From assembly GCA_964106645.2 (NCBI GenBank), contig OZ067040.1: DNA of 64,000 bases; one strand, written 5' to 3'. Below, one piece after another: positions 25,826 through 37,862 of the stretch. Each line of letters opens with the position of its first letter. Position 1 is the first letter of the stretch. The stretch is from Podarcis pityusensis. Its lineage: Eukaryota. Below the pieces are notes generated by a model that saw nothing but the letters and a program-made list of their open reading frames with translations, searched no databases and was not told the origin of the DNA. The position numbers and the translations under genes are program-made.

Positions 25826-26652
25826 GTGACTCTTACTGTTTTATATTTGTAGTTTGCCGTTTCCCCAAGGAATTTTTAAGAACTGCCATGCTGGATTTAA
25901 GTCCATCAGGCGTAGTTTCCTTTCTGCACTCCCCATCCTGGCTAACCAACAAACAAATGGTAAGCTTAGACTATGGTCCAGTAAACACATAACTAGGAAC
26001 AATGGTGCCCCACTATGTGAATGATGATGCTTTTGCACACCAGAGGAGAACTGAAAGCTTCAACTTCTACTTTTAAACTAAGCCCAGTTTCCCATGACGT
26101 TTGTTCTCAGGAAACCATGGTTTGCCTATGCTATGGTTTCAGAACAAGGTTGGATCTGGAGCTAAGGTATGCTCTCAGTAACCATAGTTTAAACAAAACA
26201 GTTCCTCAAGTTTGGACATCATGGGGAACTGTGCTTAGTTTAAACCTTTAAGCTGATCAGTTATCCAGTAGTGCCAGGCTTCTGTCAGACTACTGGGAGA
26301 AATAATATTAAACCTGAGCAACAGAGCTGCCAATGGGAACATACCACACAAATAAATATTTAACATTCCCTATCCTGTCTGCAAATAAATGATGCCCAAA
26401 AAGTGTTTTTTATATTTTTAGATGCTTTTTGCTGTGCTTTTTACGTTTAATACCCCTTTTAGCCTCCAATGAATCCTTTCAGGTGGGTTACAAATTCCAA
26501 TAATAAGAATAAAGAAACACATATTTAGTTATTAAAAAGAGAAAAGGAACGAAGGTAGAATTCAGAGTATTGCTTGCACGCTGTCCACTGACCTGCAGGA
26601 AAGTCCCAAAGAAGGGTAAGATGGAGGTGTTTATATCAAACAGACAAAGGTA

Positions 26653-26899
26653 CCGTATTTTTCGCTCTATAAGACGCACCAGACCACACGACGCACCTAG
26701 TTTTTGGAGGAGGAAAACAAGAAAAAAAATATTCTGAATCTCAGAAGCCAGAACAGCAAGAGGGATCGCTACGCAGTGAAAGCAGCAATCCCTCTTGCTG
26801 TTCTGGCTTCTGGGACAGCATTCACTCCATAAGACGCACACACATTTCCCCTTACTTTTTAGGAGGGAAAAACTGAGTCTTATAGAGCAAAAAATACGG
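26653..26899. mobile_element. Tc1/mariner-type MITE family D
   Basis: TA|CCGTATTTTTCGCTCTATAAGAC...GTCTTATAGAGCAAAAAATACGG|TA. Confidence 0.85.
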
Positions 26900-28994
26900 T
26901 AATCAGTTGTTCAAGATGAACAGCTGTATAAATCAGAGACGATTGTCCCCTGAAAAAGGAAACTGGAGGCAGGGAGCGCCAAATGGGGAAAAAAACCCAA
27001 ATGCAGTCCGACAAAGGAAATGGTAAATAATTCATGAGTACATATATTTGACAGCTGATGCTGGAATTCAGCATAAACTGGGCAGAGAAAACTGGGAGGA
27101 AAAGGGTTCATGGAGAAGGTTAATTTCTCCTCTGTCCTGTTCTGCACGGATCCAGAAACGATTTGCAAACTTGCATGTGCTCCTAAATTGTCGTTCACTG
27201 GACAGGAAATAAGCGATGCATCGATCAAAATTGCATTGCATTTCCTTTGGAAATTTAAACACACTCAGGCTGCGGAAGAAGCCTTTCCAGTGATGTGAAT
27301 GATCTGTTTATCAATAGCATTCATCGCTGGCGGAAATCCAGGACATCTGAGCCTTTTCCTCTGGGTCATGGGAAAAAGTCGTAGAATTGGGCTGTCAGGT
27401 CTGGAAAGTATCTTAGCGCACATCTCCCGGGCTTGTCTTTTTAAAACAAACAAAACTGGAAACTGTCAGATTTTGTGAACTTTGTTCTGGTGTCCTAGCT
27501 CCACTACAATCGATGAACTAGATTGGGGGCAATAGGCTGATGTTTCCCACAGGCCAGATTTCACCCCCGCAACAAATTTACTGAGCCGCCAGCTTCCCAA
27601 ATATGACAGCATGCAGTACTGGCAGATTGCATCAATAACTGGAAAGGTGGAAGGCAGGGCAGGGGGACCTTTTGCAGAATGAGGGCCACATTGTATCATA
27701 AGCAATATCTCAGGGGCCGCATGGGTGGGGCCAGAAGGAAAAATGGGCAGAGCAAAGGATTTTACTCGTAGGCTTGTGCAGTAGGCTATATTCCAGCCAT
27801 GCAAAAGGCAGAGCTTTTTCCATAGAAACATTTCTCCGTCCAGGCAAACAAGAAGCATTGTCTAAGATGAAGGACATATTCCAGCTAGACAAAAGCAGTC
27901 AAGGATGCTGTAGAGCAGGGTTAGGAAAGGGCCGTGGCTTGCGGTGGGGGGGTCATGGACTGGTAAGAGTCCCAAGGATCAGGTAGAGAGACAAGGGACC
28001 ACATTTGGCCCCGGGCCTGACGATCCCCATCCCAGGTGTAAGAGGCAAGTCCAATAAGGTGTGATAATTATTATTTACAACTAATTCTAGATGTCTGTTT
28101 GGCTTTGGGGGAATCAACAGGCTGTGAAATGTGTGAGCACATGCAGAAAAATACCTATTATAACCATGCCACTAAAAATCCAAATCATCCCAAACAATTT
28201 GACAAACAGAAAAAGCCTAACAACGCGGCTCATGCTCTTCTGTTACTGTTACAACGTAAAAATAATAATAAAGCGAAATGTTTTTAGTAAACCCCACCCC
28301 CCAATCCACCTGTCTTTTAGTAAAACCACTGAAAAGCAGAAAGGGTTAAGACTCTAGGAATTAAGAAATACAGGTTGCATGCTTCTTTGAGAATATAGCT
28401 TAAATGTGCCTGCATGAGAAAACTCTGTTTTTTTAACTGGTAAGTAAACACACCACTAAAATAAGAAAAATTCAATTTGTAAGCAATTTCACCATATATC
28501 TGTGCTGGCAACACATGTAACCAGCACTTGCTTAGGATCATGTACCTGAAATCAGTGAGCCAAATGAGTGATCCCATTTATATCTAAAGCAAATAAACAA
28601 TAAATTTAGTCATTCAGCAGTTAGACAGACACAGATTGCATCTCCCTGGAGTCACCAGTGTGACCCTCCAAGGTACCTGCCAGTACCACCAACGGCACCT
28701 ATGAAAGGTCGGCCCCTCAAATATCCCCTCAAAATATCCACAGGGCATGAGAGACTCTCCATTCTTCCTGCTAAGTTCCTGTTTGCACTGGCTCAGCTTT
28801 TCCTTCCTTGTACATTTCACTTGTTGCCCAAATTGTACATTCACCCTCCCATCCATTCTGAGCAGATGAGAGGGGCAAAGAGCTTCTGTCTGTGTATGGC
28901 AATGGCTGGGGTGCCATGCCTGTACCATTTTCTATTCTTTACAGTGTGGCAGCCATTTTGTATTATGCCACATCCTAGCAGTGGCCATTTTGTG

Positions 28995-29263
28995 TCAGGT
29001 TGCCATACATCTGGAATTTCCTGGACGTAACCAGAATACTGCCGTCGGAAGTAGTGTCTGAGCGGAAGGCGCTTGAATGTCCAGGAAAATCCGGACATAT
29101 GGAAACCCGTATTGGTGATTTCCCTCAAAAATCGCTCGAAAACCTCCTCCTTTTTTTGTGAATTTGCCAAAGAAGCTCAACAACTTTGGGCAGGGAAAGA
29201 AAAAATAAAAAGCTGAATAAGTTTTCTGTCCAGATTTTCACTGTTTGAAACATGGCAACCCTA
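28995..29263. mobile_element. hAT MITE (TAGGGTTGCC-type TIR)
   Basis: Ends tcaggttgccat / atggcaacccta; TSD attttgtg/attttgtc. Confidence 0.7.
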
Positions 29264-29399
29264 ATTTTGTCCCTAGCGTCCACGGCGCTTTTGTAGTAGA
29301 AAGAGGAACTGTGCCTCCAAATAAAATAGTATGTTTAAAAAAAATTTTAAGTGGATGGATTTGACTCTCTTCTCATACATTCCCTTGTCTTCCCCTCAG

Positions 29400-29604
29400 T
29401 GAGCGCATTAGCATGCGGCAGTCCAAAGTGGACAAGCTGTACGCAGGCCTGAAAGACCTAGCTGAAGAAAGGAGAGGCAAGCTCGATGAGAGACATCGGC
29501 TGTTCCAGTTGAACCGCGAAGTGGATGACTTGGAGCAGTGGATTGCCGAAAGGGAAGTGGTGGCCGGATCCCACGAGCTGGGACAGGATTACGAACATGT
29601 GACA
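29400..29604 (+). CDS. SPTBN1: exon 14/25 (ERISMRQSK...YEHVT)
   Basis: ctcag| ... |gtaaga. Confidence 0.95.
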
Positions 29605-30500
29605 GTAAGATGATCAGACGACTCTTCCCATTTTTTCAGCTTTCCACAATTTGCAGGTTTTTCCCTGTATTTCGTTAGTATGCAAGGCAGTCTACAGGTA
29701 ACATCCATAATTGGAAAGGCCAGTTGGCCACAGTACAAGAAATGGAAACCACACACACACACACACACACACGAATGAGAATTGGTGTGGTGTAGTGGTT
29801 AGAGTGTTCTGGGAGATCAGGGTTCAAATCCTCATTTAGCCATGAAGGTCCACAACTGATCTTTGGCCACTCACTGATACTCAACCTAACCTACCACGGA
29901 AAGTTGTTATCAGGACAAAATGGTGGCAGGGACCACGCACACCACTTTCAGCTCCTTGGAGCTAGGTCATTTTACCCAGCGCTTGTACGGGGAGCAAAAA
30001 AAAAGGTCTTTTGTGGTGCAAGAAGCAATGATCTTTGACCCTTGCTGTTAAATTGTACAAAGTGTCGCAATCTGACAATTAATACAGGCAATGGGAATAG
30101 TCTCGATAATAACAGTTTATTACTTGTACCCTGCCCATCTGACTGGGTTGCTCCAGCCACTCTGGCCAGCTTCCAACAGAATATAAAGGAACACAACAAA
30201 ACATTAGATATTGAAAGCTTTCCGATACAGGGCTGCCTTCAGATGTCTATGAAAAGTCATATAATTGTTTAGCTCTTTGACATCTGATGGAGGGGCATTC
30301 CACAGGACAGGTGCAACTACCAAGAACGCCTTTTGCCAGGCTCCCTGAAACTTAACTTCTCACAGTGAAGGAACTGCCAGATGGTCCTCAGAGCTGGACC
30401 TCAATGTCTGGGCTGGACAATGGGGGTGGAGATGCTCATTCAGGTAAACAGGTGTACATCATTCACATAGACGCATGCACATACATATGTATAGATACAT

Positions 30501-31048
30501 GGCCTAGGACCCTCGTACCTACAGGACCCCACGGAGGACCTTAAGGTCCATAAATAGCAACACCCTAGAGGTCCCGGGCCCTAAGGAAGTCAGATTAGCC
30601 TCAACCAGAGCCAGGGCCTTCTCAACATTGGCTCCGGCCTGGTGGAACGCTCTGTCTCATGAGACCAGGGCCCTGCAGGATCCGATTTCTTTCTGCAGGG
30701 CCTGTAAGACAGAGTTGTTCCACCTGGCCTTTGGCTTGGAATTAATTTGATTCCCTCCCCCTCTTTCTTTTTTCCTTTCTCCTTCTGTGTTGGAACTCCT
30801 ATTTGGGGACTTCCCTGGCTTTTTTCTGGCCCATGTAGGACCAGTCTGGATAGTTAGCCTTGGTCAAGACTTGACGTTTTTATCCCCAAATTTTTTTTGA
30901 TTGAGTTTCCACTGAAATGAGGCTACATTTTAATGTTTTAATGTATTTTAATCTTGTTTTTAAAGCTGTATTTCAATCAATTGTTTTTATATTTGGTGTT
31001 AGCCGCCCTCAGCCCGGTCTTGGCTGGGGAGGGCAGGGTATAAATAAA

Positions 31049-31087
<39 letters not shown>

Positions 31088-31100
31088 TACTACTACTACT
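30501..31100 (+). mobile_element. L2-clade 3' end, subfamily 2 variant
   Basis: Homologous to 17011-17460; (TTA)n tail. Confidence 0.75.
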
Positions 31101-31274
31101 AACATCCATATATTCCACATATCTGACTCCTGTTTCTGGTACAGTCTCGTGTTGCTGATGTCAGTCTCTTTTCGAACATCACTGATGCTGTAATGTATTG
31201 TTACCCAAGCAAGCTGGAAAGTGGCCTTCCACTTGATTTGGAACCCGTTTCCTTAACGGCCTCTCTCTTTCCAG

Positions 31275-31649
31275 ATGTTGCAAGAGCGATTCCGCGAATT
31301 TGCCCGGGACACCGGCAACATTGGGCAGGAGCGTGTGGACACCGTCAACCACATGGCCGATGAGCTCATCAACTCCGGACATTCTGATGCCGCCACCATC
31401 GCCGAGTGGAAGGATGGTCTCAACGAGGCCTGGGCTGACCTCCTGGAACTCATCGACACAAGAACACAGATCCTCGCCGCCTCTTATGAACTGCACAAAT
31501 TTTACCACGATGCCAAGGAGATCTTTGGGCGGATACAAGACAAACACAAGAAGCTGCCTGAGGAGCTTGGGAGGGACCAGAACACGGTGGAAACCTTGCA
31601 GAGGATGCATACAACGTTCGAACACGACATTCAGGCCTTAGGGACACAG
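31275..31649 (+). CDS. SPTBN1: exon 15/25 (MLQERFREF...ALGTQ), ankyrin-binding repeat region
   Basis: tccag| ... |gtgtgc; ORF 31275-31691. Confidence 0.95.
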
Positions 31650-32211
31650 GTGTGCATGCTGAGACAGTATTTCTTAGCACAGGCCCCTTAATGCAGGGAT
31701 CTACATGGTTTCAGGTGGTCAAGAAAGAAGATTGTGCATTGATATGGGCTGCCAGCAGCTCTCCTTTGTTTTCTGGTCTTCTAGGGTGGTCCTCCATGGC
31801 TGCCCACCAACCTCGATCTACTTTTAGCTACTCCTCCCTACCTGCCACCTTACAATTAGCTAAGGGGGTAGCACATAGCAAGCTTCCTCCTCCATAGACT
31901 CAATGCTGCCCTTGTGGAACTCGGCCGCCCCTGCTGTTGGGCAGAATGAGACAGTGCCTCAGGTGGCAAATGCTGGGGGTTGGGTAGTGGTGGTAAAGTG
32001 TCGGAGGGCACAGCTGTGTTTGTGTGCCACACAGCCATCCCTGTGCCACCTAAGCTGGTCTGTTGCCCTCTGTCCCCATGTTCAAGTAAGATTCATCAGT
32101 CAATCTGATTGGCTTCCGTATGTGGAATCAGGCGAGTGCCATCTTGTCCTTTGCCTCAGGCAGTAAAATGACTTGGGCTGGTCTTGGTTGCCCATATGTC
32201 TTAAAGCTTAT

Positions 32212-32659
32212 TGTTATGTCTGCCGGCGTGGTTGCTCGAGAGTGGACAGGCAAGACCCCCACTGGTCTTTTCAAAGGCTTTATTATCGGTGCAAAAACAT
32301 TCACAGTGCAGGATGTCTTACTCAGTCACTAGCAGAATCCGGGAGTGGGCGGTCCTTAAACTTTCCCCAGCAGAGTAGTCTTTTGACCCCCATCCTACGC
32401 CTCCCCTCTCTGCGCGTAAACCGACTGCGCAGAGAGGGGGTGGGCAGAGGGGGACCTGCCTCCTCCCCCCCCCCCGCTTTGTCCATGCTCAGTGCTGTGG
32501 CTCTCCCTTGCATCCTCCGAGCCCTGCGCCCCTTCCCCACTGGAGGCGTGGCTTCCCTCCTCCGCGGAGGAAGTGCTGCTTCGCACAATCTTTGGAGGCT
32601 CCCTGTAACCCAACTGCCCTCCCACCTCTCGCCTCTGAGCTGATGGCAGTTCCCTGACA
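32212..32659. mobile_element. solo LTR
   Basis: TGTTA...TGACA termini with exact 5-bp TSD CTTAT. Confidence 0.75.
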
Positions 32660-32873
32660 CTTATCTTCGCAGTCATAAGGGCTAGGAACTTGGTGGTTGG
32701 TTCTTGTTTTGAAATAAAAAGCCAAGGTGGTCAGGAAGCTGAATTCTGTTACATTCTGCAACATTGCTCATCTCCCAGGTTTTGCAGCCTAGTTGCAGCC
32801 CTGGCTATAATTCCATAGCAGGCCTTCCAACAATCGCGTTGGCTGATGGGCTTTCTCTTTCTTCCCTCGCCAG

Positions 32874-33118
32874 GTAAGGCAACTGCAAGAAGATGCCGCC
32901 CGCCTCCAGTCTGCTTATGCTGGAGACAAGGCCGACGATATCCAAAGGCGTGAAAATGAGGTTCTGGAAGCGTGGAAGACCTTGCTTGATGCCTGCGAGG
33001 GACGCAGGGTCAGGCTGGTAGACACCGGGGACAAATTCCGCTTCTTCAGCATGGTCCGAGATCTCATGCTTTGGATGGAGGATGTCATTCGCCAGATCGA
33101 AGCCCAAGAGAAGCCTAG
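32874..33118 (+). CDS. SPTBN1: exon 16/25 ([10 protein letters not shown]...AQEKPR)
   Basis: gccag| ... |gtaatg; 245 nt, phase 0 to 2. Confidence 0.94.
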
Positions 33119-33126
33119 GTAATGTG

Positions 33127-33562
33127 CAGGGCCGGATTTAGGTTTGATGAGGCCCTAAGCTACTGAAGGTAATGGGGCCCTTTATATTTCCAGCTGTCCT
33201 TTGTCAACAACAAATTGCCGCTGTTTTTGTGTGTTGAATATATGCTATATGGTAATTTACTGACCTAATAGGTATCTAAAGCCATTTGCACATTCAGAAT
33301 GTAGGCACCCTATATATAGAAATGAGCAAACCAGTGATATTTTAGGGAGCAGGTTAGCAGGCGGGGCCCATTACTTACATCATAGGAAGGTTACACAACA
33401 CAAAACACTGTTACTGTATGTAGGTTTTGTTTTATTTGTTTTTTATCTTACATTTTGAAAATGTACATCCAGGTGTTTTTTTCCTTTAATTTTTTTGTGG
33501 GCCCCCAAGAGAGTTGGGCCCTAAGATATAGCTTGTTTAGCTTATGTGTAAATCCGGCACTG
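33127..33562. mobile_element. hAT-like MITE family E, copy 1, at splice donor
   Basis: TIR CAGGGCCGGATTTA/TAAATCCGGCACTG; exact TSD GTAATGTG (33119-33126, 33563-33570). Confidence 0.92.
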
Positions 33563-33919
33563 GTAATGTGGAACAACAAGCCAAATGTTTAGCGCTAGGC
33601 CTCTAGCTGTGTCCGTGTGGCTGTTGCTGGTGAGGCCTACCTAGCATTCTTGAAGCATAATGTTGGGATTGAACTGGACTCAGGAGGCTTCAGTTCAGAT
33701 CCGTTCTCAGCCAGCAACACACTTGGCTGCTAACTCTCCACCTCAGTCTTCCTGTCTGTAAAATGGTTATGAGCCCCACCTACAGGTGGAGGTTGCACAC
33801 CTGAGGATCACAGGCTTACTGCCTCCATGAGAACTAGGCTTCAGTTTCTGTTGGCGGTGGGCTGCAAAAGCATTTAATAAACCGAGCGTGTGACTTTCTG
33901 AACCACCATTTCGTTTCAG

Positions 33920-34058
33920 GGATGTTTCCTCCGTAGAACTGCTGATGAACAATCACCAGGGAATCAAAGCAGAAATAGATGCCCGTAATGACAGCTTTAC
34001 AACTTGCATTGAGCTGGGCAAATCGTTGCTGGCGAGGAAACACTATGCGTCAGAAGAG
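33920..34058 (+). CDS. SPTBN1: exon 17/25 (DVSSVELLM...YASEE)
   Basis: ttcag| ... |gtacag. Confidence 0.94.
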
Positions 34059-34219
34059 GTACAGTGTGCTTGCTCTCTGCAACTATGCAGGAGTGGTGGT
34101 TGAGAAAACAACATATAAGGATCACCGTTTCAGACCTAAGGACCATCTATATTAATTGAATCTAGGTTTTGTTATGTATCTTGACTTCACCAAAGTGCTT
34201 TGCATTCCCTTCTGTTGAC

Positions 34220-34470
34220 CCTACTTAATGGACTCTATCTGTCCTGGCGATCTAATGTATCCTATTTTATTGATCTAATTTATCCTATCCCATCAATCTA
34301 ATCTGTATCCTGACTTCCTAATATAATCGATCCCTTTTTATTACTCTATCCTAGCTAATCTATTGTGTCCTGTCCTATCTAATATGTCATACCTATACTA
34401 TTTTATTCTATCTAATTAATCCTATTGTTCTATCTCTATCGCTCTGTCCCATGCTATCTAATCTAATCAA
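34220..34470. repeat. degenerate TCTA/TCCTA low-complexity tract
   Basis: Repeated atcta/tccta units. Confidence 0.6.
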
Positions 34471-34816
34471 TTTACACGCCAGCTCTGCTCATACACGCTA
34501 CTGAAGCGTTCTCATAGTTCTCCTCCCCTCCTTCTCCTCCACGGACAAAACAAACCAGAGTCTATTGTCGCATCATCCCAGACCAGGGTTCATGTTGTTT
34601 TCCCCCACCCTCCCAGCAAGCCCCCCCCCCCGCCAGACCCAATGGACACTGTCCCCCGGTGACTTCTTGCTTAAGTCTGGGTGTGAAACACAGAGCCTGC
34701 TTTTCCTAACACGATCCCAGATGCCGGATGCAGCTCTGTTAAAGTCAATATAAGACAGAAGAAGAAGAAGAAGCCTGTAGTACAATGCTAATATTCCATT
34801 CTTTTATTCCTTCCAG

Positions 34817-34901
34817 ATCAAGGAAAAGCTATTGCAGCTCACAGAGAAGAGAAAAGAAATGATTGACAAATGGGAAGACAGATGGGAGTGGCTGAGACTG
34901 A
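34817..34901 (+). CDS. SPTBN1: exon 18/25 (IKEKLLQL...WEWLRL)
   Basis: tccag| ... |gtaaga. Confidence 0.94.
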
Positions 34902-35742
34902 GTAAGACCCCCCCCTCCTTTGTCTGTCTTATTAGAGCAATGAGATCCCGCGTAGTTTTTTTAAGGCGGCAGTCTTTCCTGAGTGTTGTTGGCATTTTTT
35001 TAATACATGGCCAGGAGTGTATGCATTTGCCGTTGTTGCAAAGCTGGCGATGTGAACACAGAAGACATATGGCAAGCACAAAGACAGCCACTTAAAAGCC
35101 ACCTTTGCAATTAAGCAGTATATAAATTAATAAACAACAACAACAATAGTACAGAATGGGAGACTGAAACAAAAGGGCGTATCAGTAGGGTTAAGGGAAC
35201 CCAAAGGCTTGCAGAGATACACCCAAGAGGAAAGAACCCAAAACAGCCAGTGTGGGGTGTGGGCATGCTCAGTAGCCATGGAGTGCTGACTTAAGTGTTG
35301 GAGGAGTAGGGAAAAGTTGAAAGCCAGGGCCCTCCGTATGGTGATGAATTCCAGCTCCCATCAGCCCCAGCCAGACTGCCCACTGGTCAAGGGTGATGGG
35401 TACCCAACAACAAATGGAGAGCTATAGGTTCTCCACCCCTGGTCTAGATACATGGAGTGTCCATTCAACGCAACATGGGACCTTAGGGAGAAGGACAGAT
35501 CATTGATGATGATTTCTGGCTTCCTTTGTCCACCATGGGGATGCCCCTGGGTGAAAATATATTGGTGACACTTTAGGACATTCCCAAAGGATTGGTTTAG
35601 TACCAACCTGATGAAACAGGAGCCCCAAGAGCTAGGAGAAAGGTGCCATGTCTTTAAGAAAGTGCCTGCCTTAAGAGGCTAGGCCTATCATTGCACAGTG
35701 CTTGCCGGCCCTGAGCACCCGACGTTTCTGCCTTTGGCTTAG

Positions 35743-35939
35743 TTTTGGAAGTGCACCAGTTTTCGAGGGACGCCAGCGTCGCCGAGGCCTGGCTGCTGGG
35801 GCAGGAGCCGTACCTGTCGAGCCGCGAGATCGGGCAAAGCGTGGACGAAGTAGAGAAGCTCATCAAGAGGCACGAAGCGTTCGAAAAGTCCGCCGCAACT
35901 TGGGACGAGAGATTTTCGGCGCTTGAAAGACTTACTACG
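35743..35939 (+). CDS. SPTBN1: exon 19/25 (ILEVHQFSR...ERLTT), tetramerization region
   Basis: cttag| ... |gtgagt. Confidence 0.94.
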
Positions 35940-36256
35940 GTGAGTCGCAGGAGCCATTTCAGGGACGCATGTGCACACACACGATGGCTTTGTTCTAGCT
36001 CCAGTTGCTGGGAGTCACAGAGCTAATACGTTACAGAGCTAAATTTAGATTCTGGTAGAAATAAACGGAATGATTTCCTGTTTTCTGCGGGCGGGGGGAA
36101 TAATTCACCTTTTTTCCCCTGAGCCAATCCAATCCAACAGCTAATCAGGTTCTTGCAAGAGTGGCATTTTGAGGGAGCTAACAAGGATCTAAGATGGCCG
36201 ACGTTTCTGAGAATGGAGGGACCCTAAAGTTTCACTGTTTCTTCTCTGCTCCCCAG

Positions 36257-36360
36257 TTGGAATTGTTGGAAGTACGTCGACAGCAAGAAGAGGAAGAGAG
36301 GAAGAGGCAGCCTCCTTCTCCGGAGCCAAGCCCCAAGACCGGAGAGGAGTCTCAGCAATG
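36257..36360 (+). CDS. SPTBN1: exon 20/25 (LELLEVRRQ...EESQQW)
   Basis: cccag| ... |gtaagc; ends phase 2. Confidence 0.93.
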
Positions 36361-36368
36361 GTAAGCAG

Positions 36369-36808
36369 CAGGGCCGGATTTAGGTTTGATGAGGCCCTAA
36401 GCTACTGAAGGTAATGGGGCCCTTTACATATCCAGCTGTCCTCCTCTGTCAACAACAAATTGCCGCTGTTTTTTGTGTTGAATATATGCTATATGGTAAT
36501 TTACTGACCTAATAGGTATCTAAAGCCATTTGCACATTCAGAATGTAAGCACCGTGTATATAGAAATGAGCAAACCAGTGAGTGATATTTTAGTGAGCAG
36601 GCTAGCAGGCGGGGCCCATGACTTACATCATAGGAGCCTACGCAACACAAAACACTGTTGCTGTGTGTAGGTTTTATTTTATTTGCGTTTATCTTATGTT
36701 TTGGAAATGTACACCCAGGTGTTTTTTTTCCTTTAAATTTTTTTAGGGTCCCAAGAGAGTGCGGCCCTAAGCTATAGCTTGTTTAGCGTATACGTAAATC
36801 CGGCACTG
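36369..36808. mobile_element. hAT-like MITE family E, copy 2, at splice donor
   Basis: Same TIRs; exact TSD GTAAGCAG (36361-36368, 36809-36816). Confidence 0.92.
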
Positions 36809-37132
36809 GTAAGCAGCAGCATTGGGTAGTCCATAGAAGTTATCGGAAGCCTTTTATATCTGCCCAAGGCCTGGATTTCCTTTGGGGCAATCTTCCAAGG
36901 GCCAGAGGCAAAAGTGGGCAGTGAAATCCCACATGGCTGCCAAGGCAACCTCACAGGAAAGAAGTGTGCGCCCCCAGAATGTGTCACAGAGGCCAGGCAG
37001 CTCACCAGGGTTTTCTTCAATGTTCCTGGATGCCCATGGCAAATGGCCTGGTCTACAGTGTTGCTCCTGCGCTGCTACTTTGCAATCTCTTCCTCACTTT
37101 CTCTCTCTCTCTCTCTCTCTCTTTCCCAACAG

Positions 37133-37196
37133 GGACGGCACAAAAGGAGAGCAGGTATCCCAGAATGGTTTGCCACCAGACCAGGAATCTCCTCGG
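37133..37196 (+). CDS. SPTBN1: exon 21/25 (DGTKGEQVSQNG...ESPR), long-isoform boundary
   Basis: (CT)n tract + aacag| ... |gttagt. Confidence 0.92.
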
Positions 37197-37283
37197 GTTA
37201 GTTACCGCTCCCAAACCTACCAAAACTACAAAAACTTTAGTGGCAGATGGACGGCTAGTGACCGGCCTCGTTCTGGACATTGA
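37197..37283 (+). CDS. SPTBN1: alternative short C-terminus (betaII-Sigma2) VSYRSQTYQNYKNFSGRWTASDRPRSGH* by donor read-through
   Basis: In-frame continuation resembles the mammalian Sigma2 tail as I recall it (VSYRSQTYQNYKNFNSRRTASD...). Confidence 0.9.
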   Translation, partial: VSYRSQTYQNYKNFSGRWTASDRPRSGH

Positions 37284-37862
37284 AAGACGCAGAGCGGTTT
37301 GCAGAAGGCCACGGGCTGCTTTTTCTCCCCTGTTCCTCCCTGGTTTGCCGGCCCTCCAAATTCCCTTTACTGCTTCTCTCCCACTGCAACCACACACCCC
37401 GCCGCATTCAGCTTGTGTTCAGTTGAGTTGCCATCACACCCAGCCACTCGCTCCAGTGCCCATGTAGGCACCCTCTATTTCCTCAACTCTAAATCCTTTG
37501 AACGCCTTCAAGGCTCCCCCCACCCCACCCCGGTTGCACTGCGACTGTCTCAATGATCTTTTGTTGTGAGTTTTTCGTTTTGTTAATAGCTTTTGAGATT
37601 TCTGCCGCTAAAGCCGCCCCGTTTGTGTGAGTAATTGAGATGTAATGAGATCTCATCGTTGCGGAAGACGAGAAATAGAGACCGACAGGTACGATGTCCC
37701 TAGCTGTACTAACGGTTTTGAGCCAGGAAGCCAGCTGTGATATCGGCAAATGCCTTCAGGCGCACGATCCAGTCCTACAGACAGAAAGCAGTCGGCAGAT
37801 GTGGATATGTAAACTGGGGGTGTGGAATTCAGGGTCAGGGAGAACCATCTGCACCAAAAGAG

